Assembly (NCBI RefSeq): GCF_009914755.1
Contig: NC_060947.1
Direction: 5' to 3' (one strand)
Origin: the human T2T-CHM13v2.0 reference genome, Homo sapiens
DNA: 64,000 bases
In this document: in pieces, positions 31,614 through 47,965 of the stretch
How the letters are laid out: every line of letters starts with the position of its first letter
Numbering within the stretch: the first letter of the stretch is position 1
The notes under the pieces: generated by a model
What the model saw: only the letters and a program-made list of their open reading frames with translations
Databases searched by the model: none
What the model was told of the DNA's origin: nothing
Position numbers and translations under genes: made by a program

Positions 31614-32413
31614 TGGTGTAATTTGAGATATGGTTTTACTGTGTCCCCACCAAAATCTCATCTTGAATTGTAGCTCCCATAATTTCCACGTGTCATGGGA
31701 GGGACCCGGTTGTGGGGGCCAGGTAATTGAATCATGAGGGCGGGTCTTTCCTGTGCTGTTCTCATGATACTGAATAAGTCTCACGAGATCTGATGGTTTT
31801 ATAAAGGGGAGCTCCCCTGCACATGCTCTCTTGCCTCCTGCCATGTAATACATGACTTTGCTCCTCATTTGCCTTCAGCCATGATTGTGTAGCCTCCCCA
31901 GCTATGTGAAATTGTGAGTCAATTAAACCTCTTTCCTTTACAAATTAGCCAGTCTCAGGTATGTCTTATTAGCAGCAGGAGAATAGACTAATACAGTTTG
32001 AATGTTTGTCCCCTCCAAATCTCATGTTGAAATGTAATCCCTAGTGTTGGAAGTGAGGCCTTTTGAAAGATGTCTGGGTCATGGGGGCAGAACCCTTGTG
32101 AATGGCTTAGCACCATCTCCTTGGTGATGAGGGAGGAGTTATTGCTCAATGAGTTCACATGAGATGTGGTTGTTTTAAAAGAAACTGACACCTCCCTCCT
32201 CTCTCTCCTTTGTTCCCACTCTCATCATGTGATATGCCAGCTTCCCCTTTGCCTTCTGCCATGACTAAAAGCTTCCTGAGGTTCTCACCAGGAGCAGATG
32301 CTGGTATCATGTCTTCCATATAGCCTACAGAATTGTGAGCCAATGAAATCACTTTTCTTTGTAAATTACCCAGTTTCAGGTATTACTTTATAGTAATGAA
32401 AATGGACTACACA
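31614..32413 (+). mobile_element. MSTB-like solo LTR, split after about 12 bp by THE1B
   Basis: GTTTGAATGTTTGTCCCCTCCAAATCTCATG..GGCTTAGCACCATC..GGACTACACA; approximate TSD TTAAT/TTGAT. Confidence 0.85.
31626..31995 (+). mobile_element. THE1B-like solo LTR
   Basis: GATATGG..TGTGTCCCCACCAAAATCTCATCTTGAATTGTAGCTCCCATAAT..ATAAAGGGGAG..GACTAATACA; approximate TSD ATTTG/GTTTG. Confidence 0.92.
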
Positions 32414-33019
32414 TTGATAATATTTTTTCTCATAATGGTGAGGGTTAACAATTCTGAAATAACTCTAAATATAAATCATATTTGAAGAAGTAAGTAAATA
32501 TATTGAAGTAAATGAGAGCCACTTTCTCACTGTCAGAGAAACAGGAGATAACGCCAAGATGAAACGTGCTGCTTAATTGAAGATGAAGGTATCATTTTTG
32601 CCTCATGGATATATAGATTGAAAGAAATAGAAAGATATAAAAATGAATACAGATAACAGATACATGTATATAAATGGGTCGTACAAAAAGAAATATGACC
32701 CAGCTTTGTCCAATAAGAGAGCCTAAAAGAAGTATACCCCAGCAGTAATGAGCATACCTAGTTCCTGGATTTTGGTTTGTAAATATCATTCTTCATTAAC
32801 AGGAATGAGAGCTCCTTAGAGATGTGGCTAGTTCTAGGACAAAGAAAGAGAAAATAGAAGTTAACCATAGAGCTTTCTGTGGCATCAGAAAGTTGGAAAG
32901 TGCTAAAACATAAGTTTGGGCAAGTAAAAAGGAAAGAAGAATCAAATAAAAAGAGACCCAAATATCCAAAGCTAGAACAATTTTGCACAAAATAATTAAA
33001 TAGTGCTAGCCTCTAACCC

Positions 33020-33546
33020 TGAGATGGTAAATTTATTGTGTCAATTTGACTGGGACACTGCGTGCCAGATTAATGGTCAAACATTATTCTGAGTGCATCT
33101 GTGAGGGTGATTCTGGATGATGTTACCATTGGAATCAGTAGACTGAGTAAAACAATTTTTTCTTCCTAGTGTGGGTGGGCTTCATCCAATCAGTTGAAGG
33201 CCTGAATAGAACAAAAAGCTGATCCCCTAAGGAGTAAGCAGGATTTTTTTTTCGCTTTTAGACTTAAACTGAAATGGCACTTTTTCCTATATCAATCCTG
33301 CCAGCATTTGGACTAGAAATTACATCATCAGCTTTCCTGGTTCTCAGATTTTCAGAATTAAACTGCTATGACACCTTTGGCTTTCAAGGGTCTCCAGCTT
33401 GATGATTGCAGATCTTGGGACTTGTTAATCTCCATAATCATGTGAGTCAATACATTTTAATAAATAAATCTCTTTCTCCTCCCTCCCTCTCTTTCTCTCC
33501 ATCTTTGTCATTAGTTATGTTTCTCTAGAGAATCCTAACTCATACA
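33020..33546 (+). mobile_element. MLT2 (ERVL) solo LTR
   Basis: TG.GATGGT..TGTGTCAATTTGACTGGG..CATCCAATCAGTTGAAGGCCTGAATAGAACAAAAAG..GAGAATCCTAACTCATACA; TSD AACCC/AACCT. Confidence 0.9.
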
Positions 33547-34420
33547 AACCTGAAGAATAAAATAAATATCCATGAGACCATGCCAATATAAATAAGTGGT
33601 TGAATGAGTAAACAAGTGGAGAATAAGGGATAATTAGTCCCTAGAGAATAATTCCAAATAACAAATATGGATGACAAGAAAAAATAAAAATTACTGTTGA
33701 AAACCTATGTGATTATTACTGCAGTGAAGATACACTGATAAATGTTAAAATCAGTGGGTAAAATTTTAAGCAGAAACAGAATGTTTGCATAGTCTCAAAT
33801 TTTCTCTCTCCAGATATTTGTTAATTACAAAAGGAAAAACTGTAACATTATAGTGGAGGAACCTGTTGGCCACCACCTTGACAAGGTGATCAAGTTTAAC
33901 AACCCCATAATAGGATATCTTGTTGTCATGTGTCTCCTGATATAACAATGTGGTATTCTTCTGGAAAAAAAAACAAAAAACCATGGTCTCAATTTAATCA
34001 TGAGTACACATGAGACAAATTCATATTGAAGGACAGTTTACAAGGTACTTATCTACTATTCATCAAATGAGTCAGGGTCATAAAAGACAAGGAAGAATTA
34101 AGGAACTAACACATATTGGAGGAAACTAGGTAAACAGGACAACTAAATTCAATCAGTGTAGGATGTCGGATTACATTCTGAAACAGAAAAAGAACATTAG
34201 TAGAAAGACTGGTGAAATATAAAGTCTGTAGTCTATTCACTTTTATTGTACAATGTTAATTTCTTAGTTTTGACAATCATACTGTGGTTATTTGGGAAGC
34301 TAACACTGGAGGAATCTGAGTGAAGAGTGTCTAAGGGTTTTCTTAACTACTTTTACAACTGCTCTATAAACCTAAAATTATTTAAAAATGAAAACTTACA
34401 ACAGTAACTTGTATACCCAG

Positions 34421-35327
34421 GGGGGAGGAGCCAAGATGGCCGAATAGGAACAGCTCCGGTCTACAGCTCCCAGCGTGAGCGACGCAGAAGACGGGTGATT
34501 TCTGCATTTCCATCTGAGGTACCAGGTTCATCTCACTAGGGAGTGCCAGACAGTGGGGCAGGTCAGTGGGTGCGTGCACCGTGCGCGAGCCGAAGCAGGG
34601 CGAGGCATTGCCTCTCTTGGGAAGCGCAACGGGTCAGCGAGTTCCCTTTCTGAGTCAAAGAAAGGGGTGATGGACAGGCACCTGGAAAATCGGGTCACTC
34701 CCACCCGAATACTGCGCTTTTCCGAAGGGCTTAAAAAACGGTGCGCCACGAGATTATATCCCGCACCTGGCTCGGAGGGTCCTACGCCCACAGAGTCTCG
34801 CTGATTGCTAGCACAGCAGTCTGAGATCAAACTGCAAGGTGGCAGCGAGGCTGGGGGACGGGCGCCTGCCATTGCCCAGGCTTGATTAGGTAAACAAAGC
34901 AGCCGGGAAGCTCGAACTGAGTGGAGCCCACCACAGCTCAAGGAGGCCTGCCTGACTCTGTAGGCTCCACCTCTGGGGGCAGGGCACAGACAAACAAAAA
35001 GACAGCAGTAACCTCTGCAGACTTAAATGTTCCTGTCTGACAGCTTTGAAGAGAGCAGTGGTTCTCCCAGCACGCAGCTGGAGATCTGAGAACGGGCAGA
35101 CTGCCTCCTCAAGTGGGTCCCTGACCCCTGACCCCTGGGCAGCCTAACTGGGAGGCACCCCCCAGCAGGGGCACACTGACACCTCACACGGCAGGGTATT
35201 CCAACAGACCTGCAGCTGAGGGTCCTCTCTGTTAGAAGGAAAACTAACAAACAGAAAGGACATCCACACCAAAAACCCATCTGTACATCACCATCATCAA
35301 AGACCAAAAGTAGATAAAACCACAAAG
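34421..35327. promoter_or_regulatory. L1 5' UTR internal sense promoter and antisense promoter (CpG-rich, YY1 site)
   Basis: YY1 motif CAAGATGGCC at ~34432; many CpGs retained; 907-bp UTR. Activity is inferred from known L1 biology, not shown. Confidence 0.8.
34528..34872 (-). CDS. L1 ORF0-like antisense ORF (N-terminus intact, C-terminus frameshifted and extended to 114 aa)
   Basis: ATG at 34872: MAGARPPASLPPCSLISDCCASNQRDSVGVGPSEPGAGYNLVAHRFLSPSEKRSIRVGVTRFSRC... Confidence 0.7.
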   Translation of the reverse strand: MAGARPPASLPPCSLISDCCASNQRDSVGVGPSEPGAGYNLVAHRFLSPSEKRSIRVGVTRFSRCLSITPFFDSERELADPLRFPREAMPRPASARARCTHPLTCPTVWHSLVR

Positions 35328-36344
35328 ATGGGGAAAAAACAGAACAGAAAAACTGGAAACTCTAAAAAGCAGAGCGCCTCTCCTCCTCCAAAGGAACGCA
35401 GTTCCTCACCAGCAACGGAACAAAGCTGGATGGAGAATGACTTTGACGAGCTGAGAGAAGAAGGCTTCAGACGATCAAGTTACTCTGAGCTACGGGAGGA
35501 CATTCAAACCAAAGGCAAAGAAGTTGAAAACTTTGAAAAAAATTTAGAAGAATGTATAACTAGAATAACCAATACAGAGAAGTGCTTAAAGGAGCTGATG
35601 GAGCTGAAAACCAAGGCTCGAGAACTACGTGAAGAATGCAGAAGCCTCAGGAGCCGATGCGATCAACTGGAAGAAAGGGTATCAGCAATGAAAGATGAAA
35701 TTAATGAAATGAAGCGAGAAGGGAAGTTTAGAGAAAAAAGAATAAAAAGAAATGAGCAAAGCCTCCAAGAAATATGGGACTATGTGAAAAGACCAAATCT
35801 ACGTCTGACTGGTGTACCTGAAAGTGACGGGGAGAATGGAACCAAGTTGGAAAATACTCTGCAGGATATTATCCAGGAGAACTTCCCCAATCTAGCAAGG
35901 TAGGCCAACATTCAAATTCAGGAAATACAGAGAACACCACAAAGATACTCCTCGAGAAGAGCAACTCCAAGACACATAATTGTCAGATTCACCAAAGTTG
36001 AAATGAAGGAAAAAATGTTAAGGGCAGCCAGAGAGAAAGGTCGGGTTACCCACAAAGGGAAGCCCATCAGACTAACAGCGGATCTCTCAGCAGAAACCCT
36101 ACAAGCCAGAAGAGAGTGGGGGCCAATATTCAACATTCTTAAAGAAAAGAATTTTCAACCCAGAATTTCATATCCAGCCAAACTAAGCTTCATAAGTGAA
36201 GGAGAAATAAAATCCTTTACAGACAAGCAAATGCTGATAGATTTTGTCACCACCAGGCCTGCCTTACAAGAACTCCTGAAGGAAGCACTAAACATGGAAA
36301 GGAACAACCGGTACCAGCTGCTGCAAAATCATGCCAAAATGTAA
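35328..36344 (+). pseudogene. L1 ORF1p (338 codons) with a single nonsense codon at 35901-35903 (Q192*)
   Basis: MGKKQNRKTGNSK..QENFPNLAR*ANIQIQEIQRTPQRYSSRR..MKEKMLRAAREK..NHAKM, all in one frame. Confidence 0.95.
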
Positions 36345-36407
36345 AGACCATTGAGACTAGGAAGAAACTGCATCAACTAACGAGCAAAATAACCAGCTAA
36401 CATCATA

Positions 36408-36941
36408 ATGACAGGATCAAATTCACACATAACAATATTAACTTTAAATGTAAATAGACTAAATGCTCCAATTAAAAGACACAGACTGGCAAACTGGATA
36501 AAGAGTCAAGACCCATCAGTGTGCTGTATTCAGGAAACCCATCTCATGTGCAGAGACACACATAGGCTCAAAATAAAAGGATGGAGGAAGATGTACCAAG
36601 CCAATGGAAAACAAAAAAAGGCAGGGGTTGCAATCCCAGTCTCTGATAAAACAGACTTTAAACCAACAAAGATCAAAAGAGACAAAGAAGGCCATTACAT
36701 AATGGTAAAGGGATCAATTCAACAAGAAGAGCTAACTATCCTAAATATATATGCACCCAATACAGGAGTACCAAAATTCATAAAGCAAGTCCTGAGTGAC
36801 CTACAAAGAGACTTAGACTCCCACACAATAACAATGGGAGACTTTAACACCCCACTGTCAACATTAGACAGATCAACAAAAAATCCTATTCGAATAAAAA
36901 CAAATCAGAATCCTGACCTGAACTTCTCCTCTTCTGGATAA
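36408..36941 (+). pseudogene. L1 ORF2p endonuclease N-terminus (~157 aa) reading through into flanking DNA
   Basis: MTGSNSHITILTLNVN..CCIQETHL..NIYAPNTG..MGDFNTPLSTLDRST, then non-L1 residues. Confidence 0.95.
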
Positions 36942-39369
36942 ATCATGTTAATTTCTTTAAACTTTCTTCACACATTTAAAGAAATACTATTTATCCTTGT
37001 TTTTCTGCTCTGCATTCTCTCTAGATACTCTTTAACTCCCTTAAATTTTGGTGTTGCAGTATTCTGATTGACTAAGCCAAAGCGGGCAATATTAGCATCA
37101 ATATTCACTTCACTGTGATGCAAGCTGGAGCTATGCAAACCTGTCTTGAAATACTAATAAGAGAAATGATCCAGGAGGGAACCTCAGAATTCTAAAGAAC
37201 ATAAATACAGACAAGAGAGCAAAGGATATAAGAAAAACTAAAGGCTAAGACTGGAAATAGTTGACTAAACTTTTAAAAGTATGGATTATAAATATAATTA
37301 TTGTTTATAAATTATGTACTTATTCATACATTTTCCATAACTTAAATTCTAATTGTAGAATTTAAAATAGACAATAAACTTTGTAAAACACCTAAAATTT
37401 TACTTTAAATTCTCATCTACTTAAAAAATATTGCAGTAAAATATTACTTATGTTAAATAAATTTACTTTCCATAATAGACAATGAAAAAATAACTTAAAC
37501 CATCCAAAATTAAAAAGTGAGAAAATTTCATATTAGAATACACTGCAAGTAGAAGTCATTCTAGCTTCTCATCAGGTGTTGTGGTTAGCCATATACATGA
37601 CTTTATCTAAGTCACTTCACCTCTCTGAGTCAGCTTCAGGATGATAGTGTGGAGATGTGTCAACTCTCACAGCAAAATTCTAGCAGGAGATCTTCATTCA
37701 CTTCACAGTCTTTTGAAAAGCACCCCTGGAATTGTACAAAAGTGTGGCCCTTCCTAAAGTGCAGATATTTTTCTTCTTAAATGAATACATCAAGTTCCTC
37801 AGAGTTTCAAAATTAAAGAAATAATAAGTAGGGGACAACCTGGAGTCTAGAATTTGATTCAAAAAAGGAGAATTTCTGGACAAGGATCACAGTTCTGTAT
37901 AGGTAGGACAATTCCAGCATGCCCTGGATATCTGCCTATAATCTTGCCATCTCTCTGCTCAGTTATTTTTAAAATTTAGGTAGAACACATATACCGAAAA
38001 ATACTTTAATATGAAATGTACACCTGAACATAATATTTTTGATATTCACCCTGATTTTTGCACATAGCAATATGTTATGTTGCCAAATAGAATTTCATTA
38101 AAGGAATAGACTTCCCTTTATTTATTTATTCTACTTACAATTAGCTTTTAATTCCATCTCTGTAAGAAGACATTGTAAGTAAGGCAATTTGGTTATACCT
38201 GAATACGAGGTTGTTTTGGTAGATATTGGTTGCTTCCAACAGTTGTAGATAAAAAAATCTCTCTAGGTCTCCTCTCCCAGGAATCACCAACAAGTGGTAT
38301 GTTACAAGTCATAAATAGTATAAGCCTACACACAGCAATTTATGAGAAAGTAAGCATAACTTTGTCCTTTCAGGGATTTCAGTAAATTTTGCCTCAAATC
38401 TCCATGAAAATCAGACATTCAGATTCCTCCAGAGGTGACCGAACACATGAACCAGACATAATCCTAGACTGAGGTCACCACTCTAAAAGGTACAGGATTT
38501 TTCTTGCTTCTCTAGACCTCCTCTCTTGATTCATGCAAAGGCATAAAGATAGACAATATTCTAACAAATCCACATATATTAAACACCACTCAAGTCCGTA
38601 ATTAAAATTATTCCTAACATTATACTAACTAATGAACCATCTGGTGCTGATCAAATATACAGTTGAAGGACACTTCTGGAGCCTGAATTTCTGAATAAAG
38701 ACTCTGATTGTTACATAACTACACCCTTTATTATATACTCTTGATAAGGGGGCCTCAAGGGTTCACTAATGATCTCCAGAGTATAGATTGAAAACCTACA
38801 CATGCATATATATTATACAAACCATATTTTAAATATTTTAAATAAAATTACAAACAATATTAAAAATTTTCTTCCAAACACTCAAGTCCAACTTGCCAAA
38901 ACAGAACTAATCTCTACATTAAGGAGTTAGCCCAGGGAGGCGGCTTCTCTTGACATATTGGAGACTACCCAGGGCTGTTCATTTGCCTGACTCTGTCCTA
39001 TCTTCTCATTCCTGGGGATCTGTGAGGTTTAACTCTCTGTAAAGAATCAAACGGTGGGAAAAAGAGAGCAAAATTTCATCTGTTATTATAGTACATGGTT
39101 GAACTTGAGCCCTTGGCAGATAACTCTGAAAAGAATGGGAATATCTCTTTTACTCATTGGCTATTTCCCCAAGACATATTGTTAAAATAAATGTTTATTT
39201 CATCCAATCTGTAGTTGGATGGTGCAGTTCACAAACCTGCAAGTCAGATAATCTAGGCTGGGCTTGGGTAACTCAACTCCATGTGACATGTCTCATTTGG
39301 GACCCTGGCTGAAGGTACAACACCTGGTGAAAGCTTTTCTCATGGTGATATCTGAGGTGGAAGAAGGAA

Positions 39370-43760
<4,391 letters not shown>

Positions 43761-44224
43761 TGAAACTGACACAACAGTTCCATAGATAATTTGTTTTTAT
43801 TTTTGTTTTTTAATAAACATAGAAATCGACCCTTCTGTTCTTAAAGCTTGAAAGTTATATTTATTTTATCTGAGGTCTTTCCTCAAGAAATGATCCTCAG
43901 GCCTCTCAAAAAAGTATCAAAGAACTAAAACTCACCAGATCATTACATCCAGACCATGAGATACTGGACTTCTCATTTATCATGATTACTTCCTTGCCTC
44001 TCCCTATTTTCTATTTTTCTTACACATTGTTACATTTCTTCCCCGCTATATAAACCCCCTAATTTTAGTCAGTCAGGGAGACGGATTTGAGAATGAGCTC
44101 CCATCTCCTTGGCTGCAGCACCCAATTAAAGCTTTTTTCATTGGCAGTAGTCATTGTCTCAGTGATTGGCTTTCTTTGTGGCAAGCAGTAGGACCTAGAC
44201 CAGACCTCTGGTGTTTTGGTAACA
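43761..44224 (+). mobile_element. MER66-like LTR (3' LTR of the ERV remnant)
   Basis: TGAAAC..AAACATAGAAATCGACCCTTCT..CTATATAAACCCC..ATTAAAG..GGACCTAGACC..GGTAACA. Confidence 0.85.
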
Positions 44225-44230
44225 CTAGTA

Positions 44231-44416
44231 CGGTGGTTTTTGAATTATGATGCTTAGGCCAGTAACGACAGTATCACCTGAGAACTGGCTGGAAAAGCAA
44301 ATTACTAGGCCTCATTCGACTTGCTGAATTAAAAACTCTGGAGGTGAGGCTTAGGAATCTGTGTGTTAATAAATATTTTGATGATTCTGATGTATTCTAA
44401 AGTTTGAAACCCACTG
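44231..44416. mobile_element. MER5A hAT-Charlie MITE
   Basis: ATCACCTGAGAACT..GAATCTGTGTGTTAA..GATTCTGATG..AAAGTTTGAAACCCACTG. Confidence 0.8.
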
Positions 44417-44957
44417 TCCTAAGCACAAAATAGCACAATAGCTGGCATAGAGTAAATGAAAAGCCTGAAGAAATGAAAGTTGCCATAACTGTTACAATAC
44501 TAATACCGTATAGCTGAATTAATAAAGAATGAAGTTAAGTGTTAAGATTTTTAACCACTGTTTCCTCCTGTAAATAACTGGACAATAATACCTGTAGCCA
44601 GTATATAGGGAGAGGCAGAGAGAACTCCCTTTGAACATAAGAAGAAAAGCAATTGTCTTCTGAATGTTTTTCAAAGACACACAGTAAAGATAATATGTGT
44701 TAATTAACGGTGGAGCAGGTCAACAATTGAAGTGTAGAACAAGGAGAGGCAAAGTTTGGCAATGATTATCAAAGCTATTTGCAGTGAAGGTACCATTTTG
44801 CCTAATGAATTTGGCTAATTATTAAAGTCCCAGTGGCAAGTCTATTACTTTTGTAGACTTTCTGAAATTGATGCATGCCATTAAGTATTCATAATGTATA
44901 ACTGCCTTTCTGTGTTCTGATCATTTTTATTTGCTTTCTCATGCATGTCTATGTACT

Positions 44958-45456
44958 TGTTACTTAAATGCCAGGGGTTCAGTCTAGGTACTGTTGCTCA
45001 CACACAGAAAGCCAATTACTAAGTCAACAAGTATTGCCAGGAAAGAAAGCTGTATTCAGGTGCTGCAGCCAAGGAAAATGGGAGATCAGTCTCAAATCCA
45101 TCTTCTCAACTGACTAAAATTAGGTATTTCTATAGCAGGGAAGAAATGTAACTATGTGTGGGAAAATAGAAATTATGGAAAGACAAGGAAGATGAGTTGG
45201 TCAACAAAAAGCAGGTTGTAGATTAGGCAATCAGGATGGATAACGAGTCTGATGTGTCATTGTCCAGATGTGGTGATTTGGTTAGCTTCAGTTCCTTAAT
45301 ACTGTCTGGGAGGACTGATGGTTTGTTTCCTGAGAAAGGAGCTCAGTTAAGACAAATTTAAGTTTCTCAAGTTTTAAGACCGGCAGGGTCAAATCTCTAT
45401 TTTTACTATAAAGAAACCATACACATCAGTTCTAAGGGACAATTGGATCAATTGCA
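44958..45456 (-). mobile_element. MER66C-like solo LTR
   Basis: TGTTAC..CCAGGGGTTCAGTCTAGG..GTGCTGCAGCCAAGG..GGGAGATCAGTCTCAAATCC..TGCA; 4-bp TSD TACT at 44954-44957 and 45457-45460. Confidence 0.85.
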
Positions 45457-45609
45457 TACTGATGACTGCTCAAACATCCCCCTTGACTACTCTAAGAGGA
45501 ACTCAAGTATCAAATCCTCCCTTCTCAAATGTCAGTTTCTTCTGCCTAGAATGGGCAAGTAAAAGTTTGTTCTTGCTTTTATTTTGAGTTGTACACTTAG
45601 AAGCCTTTT

Positions 45610-45715
45610 TTTCATATTTAGCTTCATAACAACCCTATAAGTACTGTTATTATCTCTATATGAGGAAACTGAGAATCAAAGATGTTAAATAATATTATTA
45701 AGTACACAGCTAAAA
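45610..45715 (-). mobile_element. MIR fragment
   Basis: CATAACAACCCTAT..TGAGGAAACTGAG..GTACACAGCTAA core. Confidence 0.7.
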
Positions 45716-45993
45716 GGAAAATCAAGACTTAAACATAGGCCAAGGAAGCAGTGGGACTCATGATTGAAGTAAAAGGGCAATGGGCAGGAAGGAATACTAA
45801 TTTAGGAAGGTGCAATAGGAACTTAAGACAAGTAGAGCCAACATGAAAGCAACAGGAGCTTGCAGATTGGAGAGTTTGCTATATTTAAAGTGACCATACC
45901 TAATTTGAGATGTTTTCTTTTTCATTTTTCAAACCTAGTTTGGTCCATATTTGACAGATATTTGTTCATTTGAAACAAAGGAAAAGTCTATAT

Positions 45994-46581
45994 CAATGAT
46001 TTCCAATGGTAGTTGTATCACCCCAAGGAAGTATTTGGGAAATATTGAATGACATTTTTGTTGCCAGAATGATCAGAAGGCACTGTTAGTATTTAGTGGG
46101 AGGAATCATTAATGTTCTTCATAGGACAGTGTCACACAGCAAATACTTCTCATGTTCTCTGCAAAAATTTTAATTATCTCACTGGATATTCTTATAGGCG
46201 ACTATCCAGTCTAGAAGTGAATAAATTCATTTTCAAGGGAAGATTGAGCACAATAGCTCATCTTTAGAAAATCATGTAATCTGTGACTACACTAAACATA
46301 ATTAATACCAAAACAGCGCAGCTGTTTCAGGGAACATTTGTATATATGATTTAAGAACAATTCTGAATACAGTCATCAGGACTTCTAGTGTGGTTATGCT
46401 GAGGACAAATATATATTATTTTTATTATGAATTTATTTATATTTTTACATTTCACTTAGGGTATTAGCATACATGCATAATTACGTTGAAGTAAGATTAT
46501 ATTACTTAATAATTTTTCCAGGGTGGTAAAATATATGTTTTAAAATTGGAGCATTAATTCTGATGCGGTTGAAAACCAACT
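45994..46581. mobile_element. MER20B-like hAT-Charlie element
   Basis: CAATGATTTCCAA..CATTTTTGTTGCCAGAATGA..AGGACAGTGTCACACA..GGTTGAAAACCA. Confidence 0.55.
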
Positions 46582-47502
46582 CTCTCTAAGATACTCTGAT
46601 AAACATCATTATATCCGGAAAATATCTTTATGTAATTGCTATTGTTAAATCATAATTTTGTACAAATAATTTTTATAAGGAGAAAGTCAACTCTGCAAAA
46701 TATTTTTTAAAATTCTATATAAAGACATAAATTTATACAGTCTAGTATTTGTCTGTCAACAATTTGCTTCGGAATTGAGGTTTGTATTTATTAGATTAGA
46801 ATTACTTTTCCTATATTTCCTGTATTTCAAGTTCAGTCCATGGATACTTTGTTTATACTTGAAGAAAATTTTAATCTGGCAACCCACCAGTAACTAATAG
46901 TTAGAACTTTACATGAAACATATCCATTTATACTCCAAGAATTACCATACACATGCTTCCAAAACACAGAGGTGCAAATTTGTCTGAAGGCCTGCCATTT
47001 AACAAAGTGAAATCAAAGTAATCTTTGCATGGTAGAAGACAAACTAAAATGTGTGAGGGAGAACTCCACTCTTTAGACCCTCAAATTCTCAGATTGCAGG
47101 CTTGGGTCTAATTCTCTGGTGGACATTGACAGGATAACCTCTTCACCAGCTTTAGGTGCAAAAAGAGGGTTTATGTAAGGTTTTGGAATCCTGCAGAAAA
47201 TGACTTAATTTCCTTCTTCTTACATATGTATTACTCTTCAGATCACTGTTTTATAGTGACACATGTGAATTCTCACAGGAAGGAGCAAAGGAAATACTTG
47301 TTCTGAAACAGATGATTAGGAAAAATCAGACAGCATTTGAAACATGAACAGGAACAAGATCTTCTAAAATAAGTAAAATAACACTAATACTTTGCTCATT
47401 GCTGAGCAGGAATTATATCAGAAAAGAACATCCATGTGAAAGTAAGAGAGTGACATACAGCAAAACACTTCTAAGCTTTTTTTTTAATAGCAAGTTTAAG
47501 TT

Positions 47503-47671
47503 TAGGTTCTCAAACCTGTTTGCACAATAGAGTCACCTAGGGAGCTTTGAGAACTACCAATGCCTGGTCCCCAAACACAGAATTCTGATGTGACTGCTTT
47601 GAAGTAGGGCCTGCGTATCAGTATAAGCTCCATGGGTGGCCCTACAATTCAGCCAAGTCTAACAACCACTG
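47503..47671. mobile_element. MER5B-like MITE
   Basis: GGTTCTCAAAC..GAGTCACCTAGGGAGCTTT..ATTCTGAT..CAGCCAAG..AACCACTG. Confidence 0.7.
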
Positions 47672-47825
47672 ACTAGTCGCTTCATCAGTATCCTTATGGC
47701 TCTGCCAGTACACACCTATGGGTGATTAGTACTAATTTAAGCATTTGCTTTGATTAAGTTCATAGTTTTACTGTATACCTTGGGGCTATGTCATTGTTTT
47801 TTTTTTTTCTAATAGCAATAGTATT

Positions 47826-47965
47826 CTTTTTCTCTCTTTCTCTCTCCCTCCCTCACTCCCTTCCTTCCTTCTTTCCTTTCTCTTTATTTCTTCCTTCCTC
47901 CTTTCTACCTTCTTTTTTTCCCTTTCTTCCTTTCTCTCCTTCCTTCTTTTCCTTTCTTTTTTTAT
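47826..47965. repeat. CT-rich polypyrimidine low-complexity tract
   Basis: Seen directly in the sequence. Confidence 0.9.

Larger units (their letters stand above)
31090..34395 (+). mobile_element. L1MC-like 3' end hosting nested MSTB, THE1B and MLT2 LTRs
   Basis: GCAACAATATGGGTGAATCC..ATGCAGACTATGACAAATGAATCTA..GACAAGGTGATCAAG..TGTACAATGTTAATTTCTTAGTTTTGAC..CTATAAACCTAAAATTA. Confidence 0.8.
34421..36878 (+). mobile_element. Young L1 (L1PA2/L1PA3-like): complete 5' UTR, ORF1 and start of ORF2; 3' ~3.6 kb missing
   Basis: Starts GGGGGAGGAGCCAAGATGGCCGAATAGGAACAGCTCCGG; similarity stops at ACATTAGACAGATCAAC. Confidence 0.98.
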
